NCBI GenBank assembly: GCA_018263115.1
Contig: JADFDC010000007.1
Location: forward strand, 36,638-100,637
Source of the DNA: Thiobacillus sp.
GTDB taxonomy: Bacteria > Pseudomonadota > Gammaproteobacteria > Burkholderiales > Thiobacillaceae
Length of the DNA: 64,000 bases
Reading direction: 5' to 3'
A program made the translations under genes and the position numbers. The notes under the pieces are model-generated. The model had not been told where the DNA came from, searched no databases, and worked only from the letters and a program-made list of their open reading frames with translations. Shown piece after piece: positions 1 through 12,484 of this stretch (position 1 is the first letter of the stretch; each line of letters begins with the position of its first letter).

Positions 1-1
1 C

Positions 2-550
2 GAGACGGAGAAATATCCGCATGTGACGTTTTTCTTCAATGGAGGCGAGGAAGTTTCCTATCCTGGCGAAGACCGCATCCTGGTGCCTTCACCCGATGTG
101 GCGACTTACGATCTCAAGCCGGAAATGAGTGCATTCGAGGTGACGGACAAGCTTGTCGCCGCCATCAAGAGCGCCCAGTACGATGCTATCATTTGTAATT
201 ATGCGAATGCCGACATGGTGGGTCACACGGGGGATATAGAAGCCGCTCGCCGCGCCATCGAAGTCATTGATGAATGTCTTGGAAAAGTGGTAGAGGCCCA
301 GTTGGCCAGAGGCGGCGAGGTGCTGATCACCGCCGATCATGGCAATGCCGAGTTCATGATGGATCTGGAAAAAGGCCAGCCGCATACCGCCCACACCATC
401 AATCTGGTGCCGCTGGTTTACATCGGCAAACGCCGTGCTGATTTGGCTGATACGGGCGCGCTTGAAGACGTCAGCCCCACCCTGCTGAAAATGATGGGCT
501 TGCCACAGCCTTCCGAGATGCGCGGTGTGCCGCTGATCAATTTCGAGTGA
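2..550 (+). CDS. gpmI: 2,3-bisphosphoglycerate-independent phosphoglycerate mutase, C-terminal part (5' end outside window)
   Basis: The frame is open from the window edge (ETEKYPH precedes the listed ORF). Motifs [12 protein letters not shown] and ITADHGNAE are typical of iPGM. It is followed by envC-like and ctp-like genes. Confidence 0.9.
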   Translation, partial: ETEKYPHVTFFFNGGEEVSYPGEDRILVPSPDVATYDLKPEMSAFEVTDKLVAAIKSAQYDAIICNYANADMVGHTGDIEAARRAIEVIDECLGKVVEAQLARGGEVLITADHGNAEFMMDLEKGQPHTAHTINLVPLVYIGKRRADLADTGALEDVSPTLLKMMGLPQPSEMRGVPLINFE

Positions 551-1758
551 ACAGAACCAGGACCTTCCTGTTTTCTTTACTGGCTTTGCTGGCATTTTCA
601 GCGGCATGGGCCGACAGCAAGCAAGAGCTCAAAACCCTGCGCGATCGTCTGGAGAAGCTTCAGCGCGATTATCAGGCAACACGCGAGTCCCATGCCGATG
701 CAGCAGACTCGCTCAGACAATCCGAGCGTGCAATCAGTGACATCAAACGCAAATTGCAGAAACTGGAAAACGAGCAGCAAAAAACCCGCAGTGAACTCAA
801 TACAGTCAAAACGGAACTGGAACAGATTCAAGCCAGCATTGGCGACAGGCAGCAGCAGCTTGGCGAGATGCTGAAGCAGGCTTACATGCGTGGTGGGGGT
901 GATTCGCTCAAATTGCTGCTCAGCGGTAAGGACCCCAATGAGGTTTCGCGCGAACTGGTATATCTCAACTATTTGTCTAATAGCCAGTTGCGGTTAATTG
1001 AATCGCTGCGCCAGGAACTGGATCAACTGGCCCGGCTCAAGGAGTCCGCCGCCGAAAAAGACCGCGCGTTGACCGAGATCAAACAATCCAAAATTGCCGA
1101 ACAGGAAAAACTGCTCAAGGAAAAGCAGGCTAGGCAGACCGTGTTAAGCCGGCTTTCCGGCAAGATCAAGGCGCAGCGGAAGGAAATCAGCACGCTCAAG
1201 CAGGACGAAAAGCGTCTGACAGACCTGCTTGCCAAACTGGCCAAGATTGAGCGGCAGCGCAAAGCCAAAGTCGCGAAGAAATCTACGCCAAAGTCGGCCC
1301 AGTCAAAATCTTCCGGCCCGGTGGCCGTTAACACAGAAGTACCCGAGGCCATTTACGGAGAAACGGCCTTCTCCCGTCTGAAAGGCTTGCTGAGGCTGCC
1401 GGTCCGCGGGGAACTCATGAACCGGTTCGGAGCTCCCAGAGAGGGTGGCGGCTTGAGCTGGAAAGGGTTGTTTATCCGCGCGCAGGAAGGGGCTGAAGTC
1501 AAGGCGGTCGCCGCCGGTCGCGTGGTATTCGCTGAATGGCTGAGAGGTTTCGGCAACCTGGTGATTGTGGATCATGGAGAAGGCTTCATGAGTCTATACA
1601 GTAACAATGAAAGCCTGTATAAGCAGCCGGGAGAAGGCGTAAAAGGTGGGGATACCATAGCCTCCGCGGGCAACAGCGGCGGCCAGGAAGAACCGGGCGT
1701 GTATTTTGAATTGCGGCATCAAGGCCGCCCCATCAATCCGATGGCATGGATCAAGTGA
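547..1758 (+). CDS. envC: murein hydrolase activator EnvC-like (signal peptide, long coiled coil, C-terminal M23 peptidase-like domain)
   Basis: The N-terminal signal is followed by Q/E/K-rich coiled coil. The C-terminal [18 protein letters not shown]...GNSGG pattern fits the LytM/M23 fold. The GTG start overlaps the gpmI stop. Confidence 0.85.
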   Translation: MNRTRTFLFSLLALLAFSAAWADSKQELKTLRDRLEKLQRDYQATRESHADAADSLRQSERAISDIKRKLQKLENEQQKTRSELNTVKTELEQIQASIGDRQQQLGEMLKQAYMRGGGDSLKLLLSGKDPNEVSRELVYLNYLSNSQLRLIESLRQELDQLARLKESAAEKDRALTEIKQSKIAEQEKLLKEKQARQTVLSRLSGKIKAQRKEISTLKQDEKRLTDLLAKLAKIERQRKAKVAKKSTPKSAQSKSSGPVAVNTEVPEAIYGETAFSRLKGLLRLPVRGELMNRFGAPREGGGLSWKGLFIRAQEGAEVKAVAAGRVVFAEWLRGFGNLVIVDHGEGFMSLYSNNESLYKQPGEGVKGGDTIASAGNSGGQEEPGVYFELRHQGRPINPMAWIK

Positions 1759-1766
1759 GGAACAGG

Positions 1767-3176
1767 ATGGCAGGGCATTACGGCAAGTTGGCACTGGTCG
1801 GATTCGCGGGATTGCTTGCAGGCACCGCGCTTACCCTGAATTATTCCGCCCTGGCGGACAAGGAGTCGCAAGCGCCCCTGCCGGTGGAAGAACTGCGGGC
1901 ATTTACGGATGTGTTTGCACGCATCAAGAGTGATTATGTCGAGCCCGTGGATGACAAGAAGCTCATCACCGAGGCCATCAATGGGATGCTTTCGGGACTG
2001 GATCCTCATTCATCCTATCTGGACGTCGAAGGTTTCAAGGATTTGCAGGTGGGGACGCAGGGCGAGTTTGGCGGACTGGGCATCGAGGTCGGCATGGAAG
2101 ACGGCTTTGTCAAAGTCGTTTCACCCATTGAAGATACACCCGCCTATCGTGCCGGATTGAAAACCGGCGACCTGATCATCAAGCTGGATGATACGCCCGT
2201 TAAAGGCCTGAGCCTGAACGATGCCGTCAAGCGCATGCGGGGCAAACCCGGAAGCCAGATCGGTCTTACTATCCTCCGCAAGGGTGAGCAGAAGCCCATT
2301 GTCATCAAGCTGACCCGTGCCGTCATCAAAATCCGCAGCGTCAAGTTCAAGCTGCTGGATCCCGGTTATGGCTATGTACGGGTTACGCAGTTTCAGGAGC
2401 ACACGGGGGATTTGCTGGTGGAATCCCTGCAAAAGCTTTACAAGGAAAACAAGGAACCTCTGAAAGGCCTGATTCTGGATTTACGCAACGACCCGGGGGG
2501 GTTGCTGAATGGTGCCGTTGCAGTCAGTGCGGCTTTCATCAAGCCGGATGCCTTGGTGGTTTATACCGAGGGCCGTACGGAAGACGCCAAAATGCGGCTG
2601 ACCGCCAGCCGGGAGAATTATCTGCGGCCCATGCAGCCGGACTATTTGAGCAAGCTTCCGGAAGGCGTTAAAACCGTTCCGATGGTCGTGCTGGTCAATG
2701 GAGGCTCGGCGTCAGCTTCCGAAATTGTTGCGGGCGCGCTTCAGGATCACAAACGTGCCGTGATCATGGGTACGCAAACCTTCGGCAAGGGATCAGTGCA
2801 AACAATTCTGCCGCTGGGTAACAATACCGCGATCAAACTGACGACAGCACGTTATTACACCCCTTCTGGCCGCTCGATTCAGGCCAAGGGCATCGTGCCG
2901 GACATCGTGGTGGAGGATCCGCTCAATCCAAGCGATGAGTCCATGAATGTCAGGGAGGCCGACCTGGAGAAACATCTGTCCAATGGACAGGAGCAGGAAG
3001 CGCCAGCCAAACCCGAGCCGACAAAAACGCAGGAAAAAGATCAGAAACCTGGCAAGGACGCCAAGCCTGTCGAAAGAAAGCCTCTGGAACCGGGCGAAGT
3101 CGTCGCCAAGGATGATTATCAGGTCAACCAGGCGCTGAATTTGCTCAAAGGACTGCACATCATCCAGCGTAACTAG
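1767..3176 (+). CDS. carboxy-terminal processing peptidase (S41 family) with PDZ domain
   Basis: Contains the GLKTGDLIIKLD PDZ-like segment and the S41 core LILDLRNDPGG ... VNGGSASASEIVAGALQD. The ATG at 1767 has a GAGGA Shine-Dalgarno sequence; the listed ORF starts at 1746. Confidence 0.9.
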   Translation: MAGHYGKLALVGFAGLLAGTALTLNYSALADKESQAPLPVEELRAFTDVFARIKSDYVEPVDDKKLITEAINGMLSGLDPHSSYLDVEGFKDLQVGTQGEFGGLGIEVGMEDGFVKVVSPIEDTPAYRAGLKTGDLIIKLDDTPVKGLSLNDAVKRMRGKPGSQIGLTILRKGEQKPIVIKLTRAVIKIRSVKFKLLDPGYGYVRVTQFQEHTGDLLVESLQKLYKENKEPLKGLILDLRNDPGGLLNGAVAVSAAFIKPDALVVYTEGRTEDAKMRLTASRENYLRPMQPDYLSKLPEGVKTVPMVVLVNGGSASASEIVAGALQDHKRAVIMGTQTFGKGSVQTILPLGNNTAIKLTTARYYTPSGRSIQAKGIVPDIVVEDPLNPSDESMNVREADLEKHLSNGQEQEAPAKPEPTKTQEKDQKPGKDAKPVERKPLEPGEVVAKDDYQVNQALNLLKGLHIIQRN

Positions 3177-3247
3177 CGCTTGAGGTCGCCGTCGCTTGCG
3201 CAACGGCTGTTCAAGCGCGATACTGAAAAGGCCGTTTACGTATAGCC

Positions 3248-3643
3248 ATGTTGCCTTGCGACCTTGAGAAAATCCGGGAAATTGCCTTCCATGCGTTACC
3301 GCCTGGACAGGCTGCCCGTGCCCGCGAGTTGCTGCATGGCTTGGACGGTATTGACGCGAGCATGGGGGTATCCGAGACGGTGCTGGTTGTCCGTTACAAC
3401 GTCATGCATTACACGCTGGATGGGCTTGAAGCTGCCCTGGTCGCGCAAGGATTCCATCTCGATAACAGCCTGATGCAAAAACTCAGGCGCGCCCTGGCGC
3501 GTTTCTGTGAAAACGTGCAGCGTGAAAACGTGGCCATCAATGCACCTGAAGTCAAATCGCAAAAAGTTTTTGCCCGCGTATATGAGCAGCACTTGCATGG
3601 CGATAAGGACGAGACACCGGAAGAGTGGCGCGCATACAAATAG
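3248..3643 (+). CDS. hypothetical protein (131 aa)
   Basis: Intact ORF in an otherwise empty gap. The central segment looks like a ferredoxin/HMA-type fold but has no CxxC. No family recognised. Confidence 0.45.
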   Translation: MLPCDLEKIREIAFHALPPGQAARARELLHGLDGIDASMGVSETVLVVRYNVMHYTLDGLEAALVAQGFHLDNSLMQKLRRALARFCENVQRENVAINAPEVKSQKVFARVYEQHLHGDKDETPEEWRAYK

Positions 3644-3682
3644 CATGCGCAATCCCCGGCCGGAATCCCGGCGCAAAATCTG

Positions 3683-4444
3683 ATGAATGACCAGGAGTTG
3701 CTCCGCTATAGCAGGCATATCCTGTTGCCGCAAATCGGCATCGAGGGCCAGGAGCAGCTCGAAAAATCCACTGTATTGATTGTCGGCGCGGGCGGTCTGG
3801 GCTGCCCGGTAGCGCTTTATCTTGGCGCGGCAGGCGTCGGCAGACTGATTATCGCCGATGCTGATCGGGTCGATCTGACCAATCTGCAACGCCAGATCGG
3901 ACACCATACGGCCTCAGTCGAGAAGAACAAGGCCGTTTCCCTTCGCGACAGCGTGTTTGCCATCAATCCCGGAGTAAAAGTTCAGGCCATCGAATTCCGG
4001 TTGGAGGGCGAGCATCTTCAGGAGGTTGTTGCGCTTTCGGATGTCATCGTCGATTGCTCGGATAATTTTGCAACCCGCCATGCGGTGAATCGTGCGTGTG
4101 TAGCTCATACGAGACCACTTGTCAGCGGGGCAGCAATCGGATTCAGCGGGCAGGTCGCGGTGTTTGACCCGCGCAATGCGGCATCGCCCTGTTATCAATG
4201 CCTGTTTCCTGAAACACCGGAAGAGAGCTTGAGGTGCAGCGAAGCCGGTGTGTTGTCGCCTCTGGTAGGCGTGGTGGGCAGCCTGCAGGCAGTGGAAGTC
4301 ATCAAACTGTTGTCTGGGGCAGGCACCCCGGCGGTTGGCCAGCTAACCCTGGTCGATACACTTGACGCATCCTTCCGGCAAATCCGGGTGCCGAAGGATC
4401 CGGCATGTGCTGTCTGTGGATCAGGCCAGCGGCACGACGCCTGA
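3683..4444 (+). CDS. moeB: molybdopterin-synthase adenylyltransferase (ThiF/MoeB/HesA family)
   Basis: N-terminal RYSRHILLPQIG, nucleotide loop VGAGGLGCP, and two CxxC pairs (CYQC, CAVCG). Confidence 0.8.
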   Translation: MNDQELLRYSRHILLPQIGIEGQEQLEKSTVLIVGAGGLGCPVALYLGAAGVGRLIIADADRVDLTNLQRQIGHHTASVEKNKAVSLRDSVFAINPGVKVQAIEFRLEGEHLQEVVALSDVIVDCSDNFATRHAVNRACVAHTRPLVSGAAIGFSGQVAVFDPRNAASPCYQCLFPETPEESLRCSEAGVLSPLVGVVGSLQAVEVIKLLSGAGTPAVGQLTLVDTLDASFRQIRVPKDPACAVCGSGQRHDA

Positions 4445-5041
4445 CACGGCCGGGCGGGCGCCAAGGATATTCCCCAGCTCCCGCCACATCAAGGGCCAGT
4501 CGGCCGAAGGGTCCCGCGTAAAGCCGCTTTTTGCGAATTGATGCCAGCGGCCAACAACGAATGCCATGCATAAATTGGCGACGAGTTTGGGGTCTTTGCC
4601 GGTATGCCCGGTATCCAGGAAACGCAGGCATTGCCTGATCTGCGCTTCCAGCCGGTCATGCAACTGATTGATCCGCTTTTGCAGGCGAGGGTCTTCGTTG
4701 ACCAGCACTTCGCCAATCAACACACGCGTCATGCCACGGTTTTTCTTGGCGAAGCTGAGCAACATTGAAATGATTGCCTCGACCTGATTGACGGGTTCGG
4801 GTGTATCCGAGGTGATGCGCGCAATCAGGCCGAACAGGGTGTCTTCGATAAAGGCAATCAGGCCTTCATACATTTGTGCCTTGCTGGCGAAATGACGGTA
4901 AAGCGCCGCTTCGGAGACGTCAAGGCGTCTGGCAAGCGCGGCCGTGGTAATTTTCTCCGGGCTGGGTTCTTCCAGCATGGCGGCAAGCGTTTGCAGGATA
5001 AGCAAGCGCTTTTCTCCGGATTTTCTGGTTTCTCCTCCCAT
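4421..5041 (-). CDS. slmA: TetR-family nucleoid occlusion factor SlmA-like
   Basis: Close by-eye match to the E. coli SlmA pattern (ITTA.LA..L.VSEAALYRHF.SK..M...LI.FIED ... RINQL..R.EAQ.RQ). Confidence 0.75.
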   Translation of the reverse strand: MGGETRKSGEKRLLILQTLAAMLEEPSPEKITTAALARRLDVSEAALYRHFASKAQMYEGLIAFIEDTLFGLIARITSDTPEPVNQVEAIISMLLSFAKKNRGMTRVLIGEVLVNEDPRLQKRINQLHDRLEAQIRQCLRFLDTGHTGKDPKLVANLCMAFVVGRWHQFAKSGFTRDPSADWPLMWRELGNILGARPAVSGVVPLA

Positions 5042-5068
5042 TTTCCCCTCTTCACCTCAGGTTTGTTA

Positions 5069-5145
5069 TGGTGGGCCCGGTCGGACTTGAACCGACGACC
5101 AAAGGATTATGAGTCCTCTGCTCTGACCAACTGAGCTACAGGCCC
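5069..5145 (-). tRNA. tRNA with CAU anticodon, most likely tRNA-Ile2 (lysidine) rather than elongator tRNA-Met
   Basis: The 77-nt reverse complement folds as a cloverleaf: acceptor GGGCCTG/CGGGCCC, anticodon loop CTCATAA, 3' CCA. The variable/T-arm TGGTCGTCGGTTCAAGTCC resembles E. coli ileX. It lies just downstream of rpoD, as ileX does in E. coli. There is no initiator signature. Confidence 0.85.
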
Positions 5146-5200
5146 AAGGAGCAGCGGGCTGCTCCGGTAAACACACCGCGCGGAAAACCCTGCGTTGCGC

Positions 5201-7141
<1,941 letters not shown>

Positions 7142-7224
7142 GATTTTAGGTTCCAGAAACTTCTGCAAAACCGGCAATTATACCTATTTTGTTCCCGTGT
7201 AGAGAAGGCAAATTCCGGGCCAAC

Positions 7225-8940
7225 TTAGTTCCTCAAGAGGGATTGAAGTTCCTCGCGTTCATCGGGATTGAGCTGGTCGAGCGGTACACGGGACAGCTCT
7301 TCGTGCCGCCTTCGTTTCCAGGCGGCGTTGAGCTGATCCAGGCCGCCGTTGAATTCGGCTTCCGGCTCCCAGCTTTCGCTCAGGTCGATAACCTCACTCA
7401 GTAATGCTGCCACAGCCTGCTCAAATTCCATGCCGCGGGCGGCTTCCAGTATTCCGGCGGGTTGCGGCATGTTAGGCAGATGGCCCAGCCAACCTGACAA
7501 TTGGCCCAGCAGCTGCGCGTTGGCATCGCCAGAGGGAAGTTGCCTTGGGTCAACTTGTTTGGCAAGTTCCGGACGCAACATCAATGCCCGCGCCATGACG
7601 CGGCAGATAGAGGGCTGGGTGCGGCCAGGCGAGGTTGGGCGTGATTCATTCTTCTGCCATTTACGCTTTACCGCCGGATTGATCAACGCATTGACTTCAT
7701 TCGGGCGCATACCGATGGTTTCGCCGAGTTGACGCTGGATGAGCGCGGAAAACAATGGCGCAGCAATTTTCTGCAGCAGGGGCGTGGCTTCCTTGAGCAT
7801 TCTGGCCTTGCCTTCCTCGGTGGCGAGATTGATGTCGCGCGAGATTTCACGGACCAGAAAAGCCGAAAGCGGTACTGCCTCACGGCGCAGGAAATTCTCG
7901 AATGCCTCTTTGCCATTGGCGCGCACCCACGTATCGGGGTCTTCGCCTTCGGGCAGAAACAGGAAGGCGACTTCCTTGCCATCGGTCAACGCTTCAAGGG
8001 TATTTTCCAGTGCTCGCCAGGCTGCCTTGCGGCCGGCATTGTCGCCATCAAAACAGTAATAAAGCTTGTCGGTTTGGCGAAGAAGGGTTCGCGCATGGAT
8101 GGGTGTGGTAGCCGTTCCCAGCGTGGCGACGGCATAGTTGATGTCAAACTGCGAAAGTGCCACTACATCCATATAGCCTTCGACGACCAGCGCCATGCCC
8201 GCTTCCCGGATGGACTGCCTGCCTTCGAACAGGCCATAGGTTTCCGAACCCTTGTGAAAAATGGGTGTTTCAGGCGAGTTCAGGTATTTCGGTTCGCCCT
8301 GGTCGAGGATGCGGCCGCCAAAGGCAATGACCTGTCCCTTGGTGTTGCGAATCGGGAACATGATGCGGTCGCGGAAACGGTCATAGCGTCCGCGATCACC
8401 GTCAATCACCAAACCGGCAGCTGCCAGTTCCGGGGCATCGTAGTTGTCAAAAATTTGCTTAAGCGCAGTGGATTGCGCGGGCGCATAGCCCAAGCCAAAG
8501 CGCGCGGCGATCTGGCCGGTGAGGCCGCGTTTTTTCAGGTATTCGATTGCGCGCGGGCTGGACTTGAGCTGTTCCTTGTAGAACACGGCCGCTTTCAGCA
8601 TGGTTTCCGTCAGATCGGGGCCAGTCTTAGGCTTGTGCTGAAACGATGCGTCTTCCGGCACTTTGAGACCGACTTCGTCCGCCAGACTTTTCACCGCATC
8701 AATAAACGGCAGGCCGCCGTATTCCATCAAAAAACCAATGGCGGAACCATGCGCCCCGCAGCCGAAGCAGTGGTAAAACTGCTTGGTGGGGCTGACGGTG
8801 AAGGAGGGAGATTTTTCTGAATGAAACGGGCAGCAGGCCTGGTAATTCTGTCCGGCTTTTTTCAGCGGCACCCGGCGATCGATCACGTCGACGATGTCGA
8901 CGCGTGACAGAAGCTGGTCAATGAAGTCGCGGGGAATCAT
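7225..8940 (-). CDS. dnaG: DNA primase DnaG
   Basis: Zinc finger CPFHSEKSPSFTVSPTKQFYHCFGCGAHG, TOPRIM segment VVEGYMDV, position between yqeY and rpoD. The start is taken at MIPRDFIDQLL; an upstream ATG at 8973 is possible. Confidence 0.95.
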   Translation of the reverse strand: MIPRDFIDQLLSRVDIVDVIDRRVPLKKAGQNYQACCPFHSEKSPSFTVSPTKQFYHCFGCGAHGSAIGFLMEYGGLPFIDAVKSLADEVGLKVPEDASFQHKPKTGPDLTETMLKAAVFYKEQLKSSPRAIEYLKKRGLTGQIAARFGLGYAPAQSTALKQIFDNYDAPELAAAGLVIDGDRGRYDRFRDRIMFPIRNTKGQVIAFGGRILDQGEPKYLNSPETPIFHKGSETYGLFEGRQSIREAGMALVVEGYMDVVALSQFDINYAVATLGTATTPIHARTLLRQTDKLYYCFDGDNAGRKAAWRALENTLEALTDGKEVAFLFLPEGEDPDTWVRANGKEAFENFLRREAVPLSAFLVREISRDINLATEEGKARMLKEATPLLQKIAAPLFSALIQRQLGETIGMRPNEVNALINPAVKRKWQKNESRPTSPGRTQPSICRVMARALMLRPELAKQVDPRQLPSGDANAQLLGQLSGWLGHLPNMPQPAGILEAARGMEFEQAVAALLSEVIDLSESWEPEAEFNGGLDQLNAAWKRRRHEELSRVPLDQLNPDEREELQSLLRN

Positions 8941-9117
8941 GAGGGTGCCCAATAAACCTACTGCGCGCGCCAATCACTGTGTTGCGCGGTGCTCGGAATC
9001 CTCATGTATACCACATACACTCCGGTTCCTGCGCGCCGCGCATCTTGTGCTTGGCGCTGCTCGCTACGGTTTCTTGAGCACCCCGGCTGAGTTAATTAGT
9101 TAATTAATTGTGTCCAG

Positions 9118-9564
9118 TTAGCCGCCGAGTTTGGCTTTCACTAGTGCGGACACTTTCGCCATGTCTGCCTTGCCGGCCAGTTGGGGTTTCAGTACACCCA
9201 TCAGCTTGCCCATGTCTTTCGGGCCGGCCGCTCCGGTGCTGGCAATGGCGGCATCGATGGCGGCGGTGATTTCGGCATCGCTCATCTGGGCGGGTAGATA
9301 GGCAGCGAGAATATCCAGTTCGTTTTTCTCCGCATCCACCAGATCCTGGCGGCCGGCTTTCTCGAACTGGCTGATGGAATCCTTGCGCTGCTTGATGAGT
9401 TTTTCGATGATGGCCAGCACGGCGGCATCGTCCAGTTCCACGCGCTCGTCCACTTCCTTTTGCTTCATGGCCGCGGACAGCAGGCGCAGCGTGGCCAGCC
9501 TGAAAGCTTCCTTTGCCTTCATGGCGGATTTGATATCTTCCTGGATTTGGACTTTAAGGCTCAT
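9118..9564 (-). CDS. GatB/YqeY domain protein
   Basis: MSLKVQIQEDIKSAMKAKE...LRLL.SA.KQ.EVD is the typical YqeY N-terminus. The ATG at 9564 is preceded by an AGGAG Shine-Dalgarno sequence. Confidence 0.85.
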   Translation of the reverse strand: MSLKVQIQEDIKSAMKAKEAFRLATLRLLSAAMKQKEVDERVELDDAAVLAIIEKLIKQRKDSISQFEKAGRQDLVDAEKNELDILAAYLPAQMSDAEITAAIDAAIASTGAAGPKDMGKLMGVLKPQLAGKADMAKVSALVKAKLGG

Positions 9565-9578
9565 GGCATGAACTCCTG

Positions 9579-9610
9579 AAACGACAAAGGCGGAGAATGG
9601 CTCCGCCTTT
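9579..9610 (-). terminator. hairpin/attenuator between rpsU and yqeY-dnaG
   Basis: A perfect 10-bp stem AAAGGCGGAG/CTCCGCCTTT with a 5-nt loop is followed on the minus strand by GTCGTTT. E. coli has an internal terminator at the equivalent place in the rpsU-dnaG-rpoD operon. Confidence 0.55.
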
Positions 9611-9639
9611 GCAAGCAAACGGTCAAGGGTAGAACTTGA

Positions 9640-9852
9640 TCAATACATCTTGGGCGGCAGCGTTTGGCTGCGCAGGCGCTTGTGGGTGCGCTTGACCGCG
9701 GCGGCGAGCTTGCGCTTTCTTTCAGCCGTGGGTTTTTCGTAAAACTCTCGGGCCCGCAATTCCGTGAGCAGGCCGGTTTTTTCAACAGCGCGTTTGAAGC
9801 GGCGCAGGGCGACGTCAAACGGTTCGTTTTCCTTGACTTTAACGTGGGGCAT
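9640..9852 (-). CDS. rpsU: 30S ribosomal protein S21
   Basis: [21 protein letters not shown]...EKPT.ERKRK, 70 aa, classic S21. Confidence 0.95.
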   Translation of the reverse strand: MPHVKVKENEPFDVALRRFKRAVEKTGLLTELRAREFYEKPTAERKRKLAAAVKRTHKRLRSQTLPPKMY

Positions 9853-9966
9853 TTTGAAGATTCTTCCTTGACCGGGAAAAAACGAGAATAATAACAGGCT
9901 TTCTCCCTGCTTTCCAGCCCCCGTTATTTGCCCCGCTAAAGGGTTTAAGGGAGCAACTGGCCACAA

Positions 9967-10977
9967 GTGATCATTCTAGGCATCGAATCCTCCTGCGACG
10001 AGACCGGCCTTGCGCTCTTTGATACAGAAAAGGGCTTGCTGGCTCACCGGCTGCATTCCCAGGTGGCGATGCACCGGGATTATGGCGGCGTGGTGCCGGA
10101 GCTGGCCTCGCGCGACCATATCCAGCGTGTCATGCCGCTGTTGCGGAATGTACTTGGTGAGTCCTCGCTTACGCTACAAGACTTGGGCGGCATTGCCTAC
10201 ACGGCTGGCCCTGGGTTGGCTGGCGCATTGCTGGTAGGGGCGGGGTTTGCCCGGTCACTGGCCTATGCACTCAATATTCCCGCCGTCGGCGTACACCATC
10301 TGGAAGGCCACTTGTTATCCCCGCTGCTGTCCGAGCCGCGTCCGGAGTTCCCTTTCGTGGCCTTGCTGGTTTCGGGCGGACACACCCAACTCATGCATGT
10401 CACCGGAGTGGGGGCATACGAAACCCTGGGCGATACGTTGGACGACGCTGCGGGGGAGGCCTTCGACAAAACTGCGCAGTTGCTGGAACTGGGCTATCCC
10501 GGCGGCCCGGCGGTGTCGAAACTGGCTGAAACCGGCGACCCCGCGCGTTTCAAATTGCCAAGGCCCATGCTGAATTCCGGCGACCTCAACTTCAGCTTCA
10601 GCGGGCTGAAGACTGCCGTGCTGACGCTGCGAAACAAGCATCCCGATGAAACCGCCACGTCGGATATTGCCGCCGCATTTCAGGCCGCCATGGTGGATGT
10701 ACTGGCGGCCAAGTCCATGCGGGCACTGGAACAGACCGGCAGTCCGCAACTGGTGGTGGCGGGTGGTGTGGGCGCCAACAAGCAACTGCGGCAGCGCCTT
10801 GTGGCCGAAACCGGCAAACTGGGCGCGCGGGTGTTCTTCCCGCCGCTGGATTTGTGCACCGACAACGGCGCCATGATCGCGTTTGCCGGCGCCCTGCGCA
10901 TTCAGCAGGGGCAGACCGGTCCGGCGGCATTCAGCGTCAAACCCCGCTGGGATTTGCAGGAACTACCGCGCGCATGA
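9967..10977 (+). CDS. tsaD: tRNA N6-adenosine threonylcarbamoyltransferase TsaD
   Basis: [27 protein letters not shown] motifs. It is divergent from rpsU, as in E. coli. Confidence 0.95.
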   Translation: MIILGIESSCDETGLALFDTEKGLLAHRLHSQVAMHRDYGGVVPELASRDHIQRVMPLLRNVLGESSLTLQDLGGIAYTAGPGLAGALLVGAGFARSLAYALNIPAVGVHHLEGHLLSPLLSEPRPEFPFVALLVSGGHTQLMHVTGVGAYETLGDTLDDAAGEAFDKTAQLLELGYPGGPAVSKLAETGDPARFKLPRPMLNSGDLNFSFSGLKTAVLTLRNKHPDETATSDIAAAFQAAMVDVLAAKSMRALEQTGSPQLVVAGGVGANKQLRQRLVAETGKLGARVFFPPLDLCTDNGAMIAFAGALRIQQGQTGPAAFSVKPRWDLQELPRA

Positions 10978-11735
10978 CAGACGAAATCCGGCTTTCCAAA
11001 CGCTTGGCCGAGCTTGGCCTGTGTTCAAGGCGCGAGGCGGATGAATTCATCGCCAAAGGCTGGGTAAAAGTCAATGGCGTGGTGGTCAACGTGCTCGGCA
11101 GCAAGGTGGGGCCAAGCGCAAAAATCACCCTGGATAAACAGGCAAGGGCAAGCCAGCAGCGTTTGGCGACTATCCTGCTCAACAAACCGATAGGCTATGT
11201 TTCCGGACAGGCAGAAGATGGCTATCAACCAGCCGTCACGCTCATCCAATCCGCCAGCCACTGGAGTAACGACGCCAGCGGCAAAAAGTTTTCGCCCGCC
11301 ATGCTCAAGGGCCTGGCGCCGGCCGGACGGCTGGACATCGATTCAACCGGCTTGCTTGTGCTGACTCAGGATGGCCGCATTGCCAGACAACTCATCGGTG
11401 AGGATTCCGCCGTCGAAAAGGAATACCTCGTCCGGGTCAGTTTCGGCAAGGTCGCGGCCAACGTAAGCGAGGTTTTCCCGGAAGATCAACTTGCCCGGCT
11501 GCGACATGGTTTAAGTCTGGATGGCAAGCCGCTCAAACCCGCGCAGGTCGACTGGCAAAATCCAGAGCAATTGCGTTTTGTTTTGCGCGAAGGGAAAAAA
11601 CGCCAGATCCGCCGCATGTGCGAACTGGTCGGGCTGAAAGTGACTGCGCTGAAAAGAGTTCGGATGGGCCAGGTCAGGCTGGGCGATCTGCCCATTGGCA
11701 AGTGGCGGTTTCTGGCGGAGAACGAAACGTTTTAA
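10974..11735 (+). CDS. pseudouridine synthase, RsuA/RluB/RluF family (S4 domain + catalytic domain)
   Basis: S4-like N-terminus [30 protein letters not shown], catalytic [15 protein letters not shown]-terminal [10 protein letters not shown]. The start ATG overlaps the tsaD stop (ATGA). Confidence 0.85.
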   Translation: MTDEIRLSKRLAELGLCSRREADEFIAKGWVKVNGVVVNVLGSKVGPSAKITLDKQARASQQRLATILLNKPIGYVSGQAEDGYQPAVTLIQSASHWSNDASGKKFSPAMLKGLAPAGRLDIDSTGLLVLTQDGRIARQLIGEDSAVEKEYLVRVSFGKVAANVSEVFPEDQLARLRHGLSLDGKPLKPAQVDWQNPEQLRFVLREGKKRQIRRMCELVGLKVTALKRVRMGQVRLGDLPIGKWRFLAENETF

Positions 11736-11786
11736 CGATCAGGCACAATGCACTACGGATATTGCGCTTTACACTCGCTGGTAAGC

Positions 11787-12365
11787 CTACTCTGATGCTG
11801 CTTCAGTTCTAGGATCGGCGAGTATCTCTGGATCGCACAATGCTTGAGCCAGAAGATCGGCACCTCGGGCGAGTTGTTCCACATGTGTTTGAATGGAGAT
11901 ATCTGGCAATGTCTTCTGTATGGTCGTGGCAAGCTCTCCGGCTACCGCTGGATCCAGTTTCTCTGGGTATTTCGCCAAGTACCAGACTTGGAACACCTGT
12001 AGCTGAATAGGCGCGCGCTTATTAAGGCGTAGGTAGTCTTCGGTCGCCAAGAAGAGAACGCTCTCAACTTGTGACGTCGGAATCGGCTCAAGTGCCGCCT
12101 CGGCGTCGTTTTCCGCGTGCTTGAAGAAGTTCCGATATGGCGAATTGATGTAGCTGCGCTTCAGGTCTTTGCCGTCAGGAACGTTCTGGCGAGTCTGCTC
12201 AGACATACTGCTCACCTCGGCGTGTCTGCACAACTCGTCTATGACCTCCCAGGCGTTTGCAGCTAGCGAGTAGATGGACACGATGTCTCGATTCGCAAAG
12301 AACAGTTCAATTGCTGTGGTCAATTGACGCCTTGCGACAGACACCTTCGTGAGTGGCACGGTCAT
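11787..12365 (-). CDS. hypothetical, predicted all-helical protein with an RNxxxH (HEPN-like) motif
   Basis: Intact 192-aa ORF (ATG 12365) in a stretch visibly more AT-rich than its flanks. The hexapeptide RNFFKH is at residues 78-83 (nt 12117-12134). No other family signature seen. Confidence 0.5.
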   Translation of the reverse strand: MTVPLTKVSVARRQLTTAIELFFANRDIVSIYSLAANAWEVIDELCRHAEVSSMSEQTRQNVPDGKDLKRSYINSPYRNFFKHAENDAEAALEPIPTSQVESVLFLATEDYLRLNKRAPIQLQVFQVWYLAKYPEKLDPAVAGELATTIQKTLPDISIQTHVEQLARGADLLAQALCDPEILADPRTEAASE

Positions 12366-12484
12366 TCGTGCGCCCCCCGAGAAAATTTTGAATTGAATTG
12401 GGGGCAAACCACAGTTTCCCCTGAACTAACCATCAAGCGTTACATAAAGCCACACTGGTTCATAAGGTGGAGTAACTCCACAGA

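Noticed and set aside
4421-4444. 24-bp convergent overlap of the moeB and slmA 3' ends
   Set aside because: Short convergent overlaps are common in compact genomes. There is no additional structure or conservation argument, and alternative stop/start choices do not change it.
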